Positions 27,490 to 35,413 of a stretch of 64,000 nt of DNA are shown piece by piece (positions within the stretch are counted from its first letter, which is position 1; every line of letters starts with the position of its first letter). The notes under the pieces were generated by a model. The model was not told the origin of the DNA, did not search any database, and worked only from the letters and a program-made list of their open reading frames with translations. A program made the translations under genes and the position numbers. Source of the stretch: Conexivisphaerales archaeon (GTDB lineage: Archaea > Thermoproteota > Nitrososphaeria > Conexivisphaerales > DTJL01); assembly GCA_049509455.1 (NCBI GenBank), contig JBEKZX010000002.1, positions 26,485 through 90,484 on the forward strand. The letters are read 5' to 3'.

Positions 27490-27602
27490 GCCCCGGTACC
27501 TCGTCAGTGCCCGAGGCTGGAAAGCATAGTGGTCGAATGTGCTTCCTTGGTAGACTCGATACAAAGAGGAAGAGACCGCGGGTTCAAATCCCGCCCGGGG
27601 CT
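27490..27602 (+). tRNA. tRNA-Thr(GGT) with introns at 8/9 (27498-27522) and 37/38 (27553-27566)
   Basis: Spliced sequence GCCCCGG-TA-GCAT-AGTGGTCGA-ATGT-G-CTTCC-TTGGTAA-GGAAG-AGACC-GCGGG-TTCAAAT-CCCGC-CCGGGGC-T; U73 discriminator is typical of archaeal tRNA-Thr. Confidence 0.88.
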
Positions 27603-27680
27603 CCTTTTCAGAGGCGTCTAGAGTATGGTCTGACGCATGTCGCCAATTCAGAATCGAACGCATCTATCCCCTCGTGTGAG

Positions 27681-27944
27681 ATGATCCGAACGCTCGAAAT
27701 CCTATTCGAGTCCTCTAGGGATAAGCCTGTGCTGATGTCGGCACACATCGGAGAAAGGCTGTCCACAGCACCTCTCTTGAAGGCCCACCCCATCATCTTT
27801 GAAGACACGTCCCCAGATGATGCCAGCCCAATGATTGCGCTCATACGAGAATTCCTAGTGGCAGTGGGTCAACGCAGTTTCAAGAAGACAGTAAAGGGAC
27901 ATAAAAAAGCGGTGCAAGCTCTAGCAGACGAAGCCGTCTCTTGA
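27681..27944 (+). CDS. Hypothetical protein (about 87 aa)
   Basis: Portion of the track ORF downstream of the tRNA, from the ATG at 27681; start uncertain. Confidence 0.45.
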   Translation: MIRTLEILFESSRDKPVLMSAHIGERLSTAPLLKAHPIIFEDTSPDDASPMIALIREFLVAVGQRSFKKTVKGHKKAVQALADEAVS

Positions 27945-27956
27945 GCCAATCGCTAG

Positions 27957-28064
27957 AGTCCACCTGTCAGTCTTCCCCTCAAGGTATACCTGTGCCTCCA
28001 CTGTGAGAAGGTCTTCACAAGCGAAGAAAGATATAGGGTCCACATCATCATTCATTACGTCTAA
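27957..28064 (+). CDS. C2H2 zinc-finger microprotein; no in-frame start codon (frameshift or pseudogene)
   Basis: Manual translation YLCLHCEKVFTSEERYRVHIIIHYV* fits Y-x-C-x2-C-x3-F-x5-Y-x2-H-x3-H. Confidence 0.55.
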   Translation, partial: SPPVSLPLKVYLCLHCEKVFTSEERYRVHIIIHYV

Positions 28065-28128
28065 CCCCGCTACAAACACTTATCTTGCTCGTGCATGTGA
28101 GCAGCCGCAAGAGAGCGTTCACTCGAAT

Positions 28129-28204
28129 GGGGCCGTGGGCTAGCCTGGTCCACGCTACCAGCCTTGGGCGCTGGTGATCGGCGGTTCAAATCCGCCCGGC
28201 CCCA
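28129..28204 (+). tRNA. tRNA-Pro(TGG), intronless
   Basis: GGGGCCG/CGGCCCC acceptor, CCAGC-CTTGGGC-GCTGG anticodon arm, GGCGG-TTCAAAT-CCGCC T-arm. Confidence 0.93.
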
Positions 28205-28205
28205 C

Positions 28206-28955
28206 CTATTCCTTTCCCGATGCGATAATCTCAGAAGCCTTTCCAGAAGCAACCTTCTTCAGCTGAAGGTCCCGGACTTCGTAGCCGTACCTGCCGATGC
28301 GAAGCCTCTTCAAGAATGGGGCTACCGTCGACGGAGGGCCTGGCCTGTAGCCTGCCCGCGACGCATACCTGCTAAAATGGGGCAACATGATGACCTTGGC
28401 AGGCTTGACCCCATGACCTTTCAAGGTAAGCCACACAGGACTCCATTCTCCGTTGACAATCCACTGCGGATGCACATGACCGCATACCATCATGTCATAT
28501 GACTCCGGGCTCTCAGCCAGCCTAGGCAGGGAATGCCCATGCATGAAAACTGTCTTCTCGATTTCTAGCCCACCTTTTCCGACGATTCTTACTCGCTCGT
28601 CCAAACATTCCTCGATTCCATAGTCATGGTTGCCTTTCATGACCCACACTTCGAAGTCTTCCGCTAGGCCCTCCGTCAGGCTTCTCAGCGCTTTCCTCTC
28701 ATGCATGGTAGGCTCAAATATTCTATGCTTGAGGTCCCCCAGCACGATGATGTTATGTGCGTCCGCTTGATGGCAAGCCAAGACGACCCTTTCAAGGACA
28801 TCCTTGGCTTCCTCTTCCGGAGAAGGTCTTCGCAGCCCCATCCAAGCAGTCATCCCGATATGAAGGTCGCTTATGACTAGGAAGAGTCTGCCATCCCTTG
28901 TTCGCGCGACCAAAGCGGGGAATCCCTTTAACGGCGTTACCTTCAAACACACCAT
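28206..28955 (-). CDS. Calcineurin-like metallophosphoesterase
   Basis: SDLHIG, LGDLKH, KGNHD, MHGH, GHVHP; start refined to the ATG at 28955. Confidence 0.9.
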   Translation of the reverse strand: MVCLKVTPLKGFPALVARTRDGRLFLVISDLHIGMTAWMGLRRPSPEEEAKDVLERVVLACHQADAHNIIVLGDLKHRIFEPTMHERKALRSLTEGLAEDFEVWVMKGNHDYGIEECLDERVRIVGKGGLEIEKTVFMHGHSLPRLAESPESYDMMVCGHVHPQWIVNGEWSPVWLTLKGHGVKPAKVIMLPHFSRYASRAGYRPGPPSTVAPFLKRLRIGRYGYEVRDLQLKKVASGKASEIIASGKE

Positions 28956-29001
28956 CCATCTTTGCTTAAACAGATAAATCATCCTCTTCTTGTAAGAACG
29001 A

Positions 29002-29361
29002 ATGATGTCGAGACCTGCCGACGACGACGATTCGTACCATGCCAAGGCGTCGAAAATCGTCGATTCTGGCGGTGTCAAGCGACATATCTTCGAACCCAGC
29101 GGAACCGAAATCTGGACCGTCGTCGGAGCGGAAGGAGAGTATCTTGTATCCGATGACCCCCCATTGTGCACGTGTCCAGCCTTCTACTTCTCTCTGACGC
29201 GTGGCAAAAAGAGGAACTGCCATCACCTCATAGCCGTGGAACTGGCCAAGCAGGAGGACCATGTGGCGACGACGGTGGGACGAGACGAGGAGATCCGCAT
29301 ATTCCTGAAGTTACTCTGCGAAGAGGCCAGCGAGGACGACAGCAGTCAGCTTAATGAATAA
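29002..29361 (+). CDS. SWIM zinc-finger protein
   Basis: CTCPAFYF...NCHHLIAV (CxC...CxH). Confidence 0.85.
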   Translation: MMSRPADDDDSYHAKASKIVDSGGVKRHIFEPSGTEIWTVVGAEGEYLVSDDPPLCTCPAFYFSLTRGKKRNCHHLIAVELAKQEDHVATTVGRDEEIRIFLKLLCEEASEDDSSQLNE

Positions 29362-30285
29362 GTTCTTTCACTCAATGACTGAGGCTGTGAGATGCATGTA
29401 CCTCAAGGATTCTAGGTTCCAGAAGATGACCGACTTGGGTTTCGAGCCTCGCCTGGGTCACCATCTTGCTGAAGTGACCTCGGCCTGAGCCAGCCGTCGA
29501 AACGGTCACCGTTCAGGTCGCAATAAAGGACTGCTGGCTCTGGTTCCAAAACCATTATCGGTGAAGCTATCCTTCCTGCTTATCTAGACCATGTCTTCAG
29601 CCATTATAACGTCAGATGCCTCGAAGGCGTCAAAATCGCGCTTGGCGACCTACTTAACAGGAAGACCCTAGCCCTATTCACAGGACACGACTGGTTATAC
29701 GACAGGTTCTCGCAGGAATAGGCCCCCTCAACCACTAGCTCCTACTTTTCGGGAACCTCCCAAGTCGTAGTAGGTTGTTTACGTCAGGTAGGTTTCGACG
29801 GCCCCGAAATACGCCAACGAAGTTATGCCGCATCCCCCGAAAAGGGTTAGCTCATGTTAGCTCATTTCCTGTCGTCGGCCCGTCGGCGGTAGGTCGGTGA
29901 CGACAATTCTCCTTTCCGACCTAAGCCTGTTTCCTCTTCGTCAGTGTTAGGCCCACAGGCTCTATATTGGTCAACACGAACCAAAAACACTAAACGGAAC
30001 TAACCCCGCCACCGAGGGAACTAACCCTCCAACGGACCGCAAGAGCCACCAGAAGTCGAGGAAGGCTCGGGGGAGGGAGAGGAGGGAGGTCGGGAAGGCG
30101 CAAACCAATAAGGGAAGCAACGTAGACCACCGATGGGCAAAGTGCAGGTGCAATGGATTTACAACGGTTTCGAGGCGGAGATGACAGTACCGCAGTTGAC
30201 AGAACCCCTCGGCCCTAGTCGGCTCCCCACCGTCGCCTTCTTGCCCTGCACCTTCCTTCTTCCCTCGCCTCCTACCGTCGCGGGT

Positions 30286-30551
30286 GGGAGGTTGTGAGAG
30301 GTTGTCTCCGTCGGCTGGGAGGTTGGTGGGAGGTTGGTGGGAGGTTCGCCTAGGGTTGGTGGGAGGTTCGCCTAGGGTTGGTGGGAGGTTCACTACCTCC
30401 TACTTCTGCGTCGGTGGGAGGTTTGTCAAGAGATTCGGGTCTGATGTTCGTCGGCTAACGAGATAACGGGTAGAACAAACGATACCCATTGCTGGGAGGT
30501 TAGTGGGAGGTTGCGGGAGGTTAATGGGAGGTTTTGGGAGGCATTGGGAGG
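30286..30551 (+). repeat. Helically phased array of (T)GGGAGG(TT) direct repeats in two clusters
   Basis: GGGAGG starts at 30286, 30317, 30328, 30339, 30361, 30383, 30416, 30494, 30505, 30515, 30526, 30536, 30546; variants at 30296, 30350, 30372; inverted copies at 30668, 30678, 29756. Confidence 0.9.
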
Positions 30552-30750
30552 CATGAACCCCCCCGTTAAGGCTATCACTATAGAAGACCCAAGCAGAAAA
30601 CAGGCTCAAGTCGGAGAGGAGAATTCTATCCTCGGCCACCTCTCCGGCCCAGACCCTTCTCCGGAGACCTCCCACTACCTCCCACCCCTCTTGACGGATG
30701 CGGTATAACACCAAAGACCACTTTCACGCGGTCTCCGGGGCTCGCACGAC

Positions 30751-30951
30751 ATGAGCATCCCAGACTTCTTCAACGAGTGCGTCGACTTCTACCAGATGAA
30801 CCACGGCATGATTTCGGAGCTACGCTTCAAGAACGTGGCCATGGTCGACTACATTGACCTGCTGAAGGCGAAGATAACCTTGCTGGAGCAACGAATCGAC
30901 ACGCAGGACATGGCTACCCAAACGGTTTACGAGATGATGACGAATAGGTGA
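30751..30951 (+). CDS. Small helical / coiled-coil hypothetical protein (66 aa)
   Basis: MSIPDFFNECVDFYQ...YIDLLKAKITLLEQRIDTQ shows a heptad pattern. Confidence 0.55.
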   Translation: MSIPDFFNECVDFYQMNHGMISELRFKNVAMVDYIDLLKAKITLLEQRIDTQDMATQTVYEMMTNR

Positions 30952-31060
30952 ACACGTTAGCACCTCCTAGACCTTGCCTCAGGCTGACCGCCCACTCCCA
31001 AGGCATCCAGAACGGAGATCCTGAATCAGAATGGTGATATATTTTATGCTTAGAGTTAGG

Positions 31061-31135
31061 AGCCTCGGAGGGGCTTCGCTCCCCTGACCCACAGCTTACA
31101 AGGCTGTTGCTCTAACTAGGCTGAGCTACCGAGGC
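31061..31135 (-). tRNA. tRNA-Thr(TGT) with atypical D- and T-loops
   Basis: GCCTCGG-TA-GCTC-AGCCTAGTTA-GAGC-A-ACAGC-CTTGTAA-GCTGT-GGGTC-AGGGG-AGCGAAG-CCCCT-CCGAGGC-T; all four stems pair perfectly. Confidence 0.85.
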
Positions 31136-31249
31136 CCTCGAACAACTCTCCCCAAGAGGCAATTATATACTTCGCTTCTTCGACGCGGCGGACGACATTC
31201 GCTTCAGGTCGGCAACACATTTTTAACTCTTGCCCCTTGAGCCGAATTC

Positions 31250-32143
31250 ATGTTTCTGGTACCGGGGTCTGGCAACAGGCCCCTAGGGCTCAAGATTGCC
31301 GAGAATCTGCCTTGCGAAGTGATAGATTACGAGACAAGGCGCTTCCCTGATGGTGAAAGGTACATCCGGTTCACAAGAGACGTGCCTCGAGATACTGCCC
31401 TGGTCACCCAGTCGCTGTATAAAGATCCAGATGACCTGTTGATAGAATACACATTCCTGGCGAAGACCCTCCTAAGCCTCGGCGCGAAGAACATCGTCGG
31501 CGTGTTCCCATATATGGCGTATTTAAGGCAAGACAATCGTTTCAAACCTGGAGAAGCTATCAGTGCTAACATAATCAGCCAGATAATTGAATCTGCACCG
31601 ACATCCGCCGTTGTGACCATGGACAGCCACCTCCATAGGATTCACGACCTGAGCGGGCTATTCCAAGTACCAGCCGTCAACCTTTCTGCCATTCCCTCTT
31701 TGGCAGAATGCCTAAAATCAGAATGCAATCTTCAAAATCCCGTCGTCGTCGCGCCTGACGAAGAAGCAAAGCAATGGGCGAACCTAGCGGCGCCGGTCCT
31801 TGAAGCGGAGTCTGTCATCATGCAGAAAGTCAGGCGTGGAGATACATCAGTAGATATAGACTTGGGCCACGTGAAACCCCATGGTCGGGACATCGTGCTT
31901 GTGGATGACATCATCAGCACAGGCGGGACCATAGCTCAGGCGGCTCAACAGCTTAAAAGCAAAGGGGCAAACCACGTTCATGCGTTAGTAACGCATGGCC
32001 TGTTCGTAGAGGGCGCATTTGATAGGGTCTCCAAGGCTGGCGTCGAGCACCTCATAACATCCGATACCGTGCCAAACCAGTTCAGCAAAGTGACCGTGGC
32101 CCCTGTGTTCGCCAAAGCCCTCAATGAAGGTCCGGTCACATAG
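31250..32143 (+). CDS. prs: Ribose-phosphate pyrophosphokinase
   Basis: FPDGE, PYMAYLRQD, VAPDEEA, LVDDIISTGGT, THG. Confidence 0.96.
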   Translation: MFLVPGSGNRPLGLKIAENLPCEVIDYETRRFPDGERYIRFTRDVPRDTALVTQSLYKDPDDLLIEYTFLAKTLLSLGAKNIVGVFPYMAYLRQDNRFKPGEAISANIISQIIESAPTSAVVTMDSHLHRIHDLSGLFQVPAVNLSAIPSLAECLKSECNLQNPVVVAPDEEAKQWANLAAPVLEAESVIMQKVRRGDTSVDIDLGHVKPHGRDIVLVDDIISTGGTIAQAAQQLKSKGANHVHALVTHGLFVEGAFDRVSKAGVEHLITSDTVPNQFSKVTVAPVFAKALNEGPVT

Positions 32144-32149
32144 TCTTCA

Positions 32150-32311
32150 TCATGCGTTACTCGTCACAGAGACTTCGAACTCTTCCGGATTCAACTTGAC
32201 GCCGCACTTCTTGCATTGTCCTTTATACAGGCGTAATATCTGTCTAGGCGATTTCACTTCGTCTCCGGCGTAGATTTTGGCACCGCACTTCGAGCAGACG
32301 ATCTCGAACAT
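32150..32311 (-). CDS. Small zinc-ribbon protein (53 aa; not in ORF track)
   Basis: MFEIVCSKCGAKIYAGDEVKSPRQILRLYKGQCKKCGVKLNPEEFEVSVTSNA: two CxxCG knuckles. Confidence 0.75.
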   Translation of the reverse strand: MFEIVCSKCGAKIYAGDEVKSPRQILRLYKGQCKKCGVKLNPEEFEVSVTSNA

Positions 32312-32385
32312 CCTTCCAATGCTTGCGGTCAGCTATGATTTAAATATAAAAGGGCCAACTTCCAACAGGCGGTTCAGTTCATCAT

Positions 32386-34488
32386 ATGTCAGTGTTGCCG
32401 AAGGACTACACTCTGGTGGTGACCGAGAAGCCAGACGTTGCCAGGCGAATCGCAGCCGCCTTGGGGGAAGACTCCTCACAAGTCGAAGGCAACTACGAAT
32501 ACATCCTATGTCCAGGCAAGACGAATTACATAATCGTCTCAGCCGTCGGTCACCTCTTCTCGCTTATGCCTACTTACCCCAGGCGAGACATATATCCTGT
32601 GCTCGATACGAGGTGGGTACCGCTTTCTGCCGTCGACAAGAAGCGAAAGGACGTCGACCGAAGGATAAGGACCATCAAATCCCTCTCGAAGGGAGCCTCG
32701 AAGTTGGTCATAGCCTGCGACTACGATTTAGAGGGAGACACAATCGGCTACAACATCCTGAAATACGCGTGCGGGGCGAAGAAGGTTAAAGCCTTTCGAG
32801 CGAAGTTCTCGACTCTCGCGCTAGACGAACTATCGAAATCCTTCTCCGATTTGACATGGCACGAGGAGTGGCCCAGGGCCGAAGCAGGTCGCGCCAGACA
32901 TCTCCTAGATTTCGTCTGGGGCGTAAACCTGTCCAGGGTCCTCCTGGACAGCCTCCTCGAGGCTGGTGGCAGGTACACAACTTTGAGCATCGGGCGCGTC
33001 CAAGGTCCTGCGCTCAACTACATCCACGACAGAGAGCTAGAGATCATGGCCCATGTGCCCGTGCCGTATTGGAGAGCCAAAGCCCTAGTCGACGCCGATG
33101 GAAAACGCTTCACGGCAGAATACACGGTCGACAGGATCGGGACTGAAGCCGGAGCTAGACTCGTGAAGGGACAGGTCGAAGGGAATAGGGGAACAGTGGT
33201 TGAGGCCAGCAGACGACCGTTCGCAATCCCACCTCCGCCTTCTTTCAACCTTGGAGACCTTCAGCATGAAGCATTTCAGATTCTCGGCTTCTCACCATCC
33301 CAGACCCTTTCCATTGCGGAAAAACTCTATCTCCAAGCGGCTATATCCTACCCTAGGACTTCGTCGCAACGGATTCCTCCTTCCATCGATTGTGAACGCA
33401 TTCTAAGCTCGCTCGCAAGGCAGGAAGCCTTCAAGCCTTACGTAACGCTGGTGATGAAAGAGAGCCTATCTCCGGCGCAGGGCCAGAAGACCGACCCGGC
33501 GCATCCAGCCATATTCCCGACCGGGGAACCCCCCAGCGGGACAGACGCCAAAGAATGGCAGCTCTACAACCTCATCGTACGCAGGTTCATTTCTGCTTTC
33601 GCCGAGCGGGCTGTTAAAGAAAGACATTCTCTCAGGATTGCCTGCGGAAGGCATGAGTTTCGAGCTTCGGCAACGAGCATCATATCGCCGGGTTGGTCGG
33701 CGATCTATGATTTCGGCAGCGAGAAGGAGATGCGGGGACTACCTTCACTGAATGTGGTCGACATCGTCTCATTCGTCACGGTGGATGTCGTCGAGTGCTT
33801 CGATCACCCTCCGTCAAGGTATAACCAAAGTTCGCTTCTGGAACAGATGGAAAGCGACGAGATAGGGACCAAAGCCACCAGGGCGGAGATAATCTCAACC
33901 TTGGTCGACCGAGGCTACGTTTCGGGAGGCAGCATCGAACTGTCTGAGCTCGGGTTTGCCATCGTTGACGCTGCGTCGAAATACTCTCCCTCGATTCTAT
34001 CGCCACAGATGACTAGGTCAATCGAAGAGAAGCTCGATGGTGTGGAAGCCGCTTCTCTTGACCCTGGCACCGTAACCTTCGACGGCGTAGATCAGCTTCT
34101 CTCATGCCTCCGTCTCTTTGAGGAGAACATGGCCGAAGTGGGCGCCATGATTCGCCTTGCTAACCTGCAGACGGCCAAGGGTAGGGAGACGCTGGGGAGC
34201 TGCCCGGTCTGCCACGATGGCCAGCTCATAATAATCCGTTCTCACAAGAGCGGCAAGAGGTTCGTCGGTTGCAGCAGGTACTCCAATGGCTGTAGAGCCT
34301 CTGCGCCTCTTCCCCAGAATGGCATCATAAGGGCCACTAAAGGTCCTTGCAAGACCTGCGGCTGGCCTGTGATTCTCGTGTTTACGAGCCGCGGCCGCCG
34401 ACCTTGGCGGCTGTGCGTCAACCCGGATTGCCCCATGAAAGGGTCAGCGCTAAATCGCAAGGCCGTCTCTGGAGGTTCTCGAAGTTGA
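32386..34488 (+). CDS. topA: DNA topoisomerase I (type IA)
   Basis: TEKP, GHL, ACDYDLEG, GRVQGP, catalytic ISYPRT, GTKATR, and C-terminal zinc ribbons. Confidence 0.96.
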   Translation: MSVLPKDYTLVVTEKPDVARRIAAALGEDSSQVEGNYEYILCPGKTNYIIVSAVGHLFSLMPTYPRRDIYPVLDTRWVPLSAVDKKRKDVDRRIRTIKSLSKGASKLVIACDYDLEGDTIGYNILKYACGAKKVKAFRAKFSTLALDELSKSFSDLTWHEEWPRAEAGRARHLLDFVWGVNLSRVLLDSLLEAGGRYTTLSIGRVQGPALNYIHDRELEIMAHVPVPYWRAKALVDADGKRFTAEYTVDRIGTEAGARLVKGQVEGNRGTVVEASRRPFAIPPPPSFNLGDLQHEAFQILGFSPSQTLSIAEKLYLQAAISYPRTSSQRIPPSIDCERILSSLARQEAFKPYVTLVMKESLSPAQGQKTDPAHPAIFPTGEPPSGTDAKEWQLYNLIVRRFISAFAERAVKERHSLRIACGRHEFRASATSIISPGWSAIYDFGSEKEMRGLPSLNVVDIVSFVTVDVVECFDHPPSRYNQSSLLEQMESDEIGTKATRAEIISTLVDRGYVSGGSIELSELGFAIVDAASKYSPSILSPQMTRSIEEKLDGVEAASLDPGTVTFDGVDQLLSCLRLFEENMAEVGAMIRLANLQTAKGRETLGSCPVCHDGQLIIIRSHKSGKRFVGCSRYSNGCRASAPLPQNGIIRATKGPCKTCGWPVILVFTSRGRRPWRLCVNPDCPMKGSALNRKAVSGGSRS

Positions 34489-34703
34489 TTTGTCCCATAT
34501 GCGGCAGAGAGTCCGCACGACCTTCGGAGTTGTGCGGACGCCACAACCTCGCGAAGAAGAATCTCACCGCCTCTTATGAGAAATGGCGCCTGGCGTACGG
34601 GAGCATGGACTGGAGAGAATACCTGAGCAAGATTGAGAAACTGGAGGACTCAGGCGAGTGGGTCAAGGAGGTAGCGAGATACCTCGCTACCAAGCAAGGC
34701 TAG
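34485..34703 (+). CDS. Small hypothetical protein with N-terminal CxxC...CxxH, coupled to topA
   Basis: TTG overlaps the topA TGA, with GGAGGT upstream; MICPICGRE...LCGRH...WREYL. Confidence 0.7.
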   Translation: MICPICGRESARPSELCGRHNLAKKNLTASYEKWRLAYGSMDWREYLSKIEKLEDSGEWVKEVARYLATKQG

Positions 34704-35044
34704 GAATACTGTCTCCAAGTATAGCCGCATTTAGTGCATCGGTAGAACTGAGTCGGTGGTTCATCGCCGCTTCTGGTCTGCACAAACCACCATTCAGCTT
34801 CATTGTTATGACAGCGAGGGCACTCCACGGTGGTCGTCGGCATCGTCCTGATTTGGCTGGCCTCATCACCCACCACTTTTATCGGCGCAGAACTCTCCGA
34901 CTCCTCCTCTATCGTCACGTTCTCCTCCTTGACGCTCTTCGAGAAGTAGCCACACTTATCGCAGGTCAGCGCCATGAAGCTATCCTTGTCCGTCTTCACG
35001 AGCTTCACCTTCAGCCACATGCCACAGTTCGGACAAAACTGCAT
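34700..35044 (-). CDS. tfs: Transcription factor S (TFS/RpoM)
   Basis: MQFCPNCG...CDKCG and CPRC...QTRSGDEPPTQFYRCTKC with the acidic DE hairpin; start refined. Confidence 0.95.
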   Translation of the reverse strand: MQFCPNCGMWLKVKLVKTDKDSFMALTCDKCGYFSKSVKEENVTIEEESESSAPIKVVGDEASQIRTMPTTTVECPRCHNNEAEWWFVQTRSGDEPPTQFYRCTKCGYTWRQYS

Positions 35045-35066
35045 CATACAACCCTCCGCTTGGGAA

Positions 35067-35348
35067 TCAGGCCCTCTCCATGACCTTACCGAGCAAGGTG
35101 AGAGTCTTCTTAGTCTTTTCGACCGCCTTCTCACAGCTTTCACTGAAGACCTCTTTCGGATTACCTTGATTGACGGCGACACGCATGGTCTGGCTCTTCA
35201 AGAGCGGATGCGGTCTGTTATAAGCGGCGAAGGTCACCCGCTTGTCACTGAGCAGTTGCTCTTGTATTATCTGAAGTAACGACTGGTCAGCTCCAGTGAC
35301 ATCGATTTCCAGACTTCTGGAATCTTCTTTGATGATCTTTATCTGCAT
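35067..35348 (-). CDS. rpoL: RNA polymerase subunit Rpo11 (RpoL)
   Basis: VTFAAYNRPHPL signature. Confidence 0.9.
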   Translation of the reverse strand: MQIKIIKEDSRSLEIDVTGADQSLLQIIQEQLLSDKRVTFAAYNRPHPLLKSQTMRVAVNQGNPKEVFSESCEKAVEKTKKTLTLLGKVMERA

Positions 35349-35413
35349 GCCTACATTTAGGAGTCTTAGACGATGTGTGTTTAAGTGTTTCCTTTTTACC
35401 GGTCTTCAAAGCG

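Noticed and set aside
27468-27680. N-terminal part of track ORF 27468-27944
   Set aside because: It overlaps the tRNA-Thr(GGT) gene
29443-29452. attL-like duplicate of the tRNA-Thr(TGT) 3' end
   Set aside because: Only about 8 nt (GAGCCTCG) match, which is expected by chance; no integrase is present
29416-29560. SRP RNA, RNase P RNA or hammerhead ribozyme
   Set aside because: It lacks the SRP helix 8 motif, the RNase P GAGGAAAGUCC core and the CUGANGA/GAAA core on both strands
30286-30551. GGGAGG repeats as a CRISPR array
   Set aside because: The repeats are only 6-9 nt with 1-5 nt gaps, there are no 30-40 nt unique spacers, and no cas genes are nearby
30691-30709. Bacterial sigma70-like TTGACG...TATAAC promoter in the island
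   Set aside because: The spacing is 7 nt rather than about 17
29971-30714. Minus-strand ORFs with PPTN/NLPP repeats as real proteins
   Set aside because: The 10-11 bp repeat period is incompatible with a codon repeat; the peptide repeats switch frames and are by-products of the DNA array
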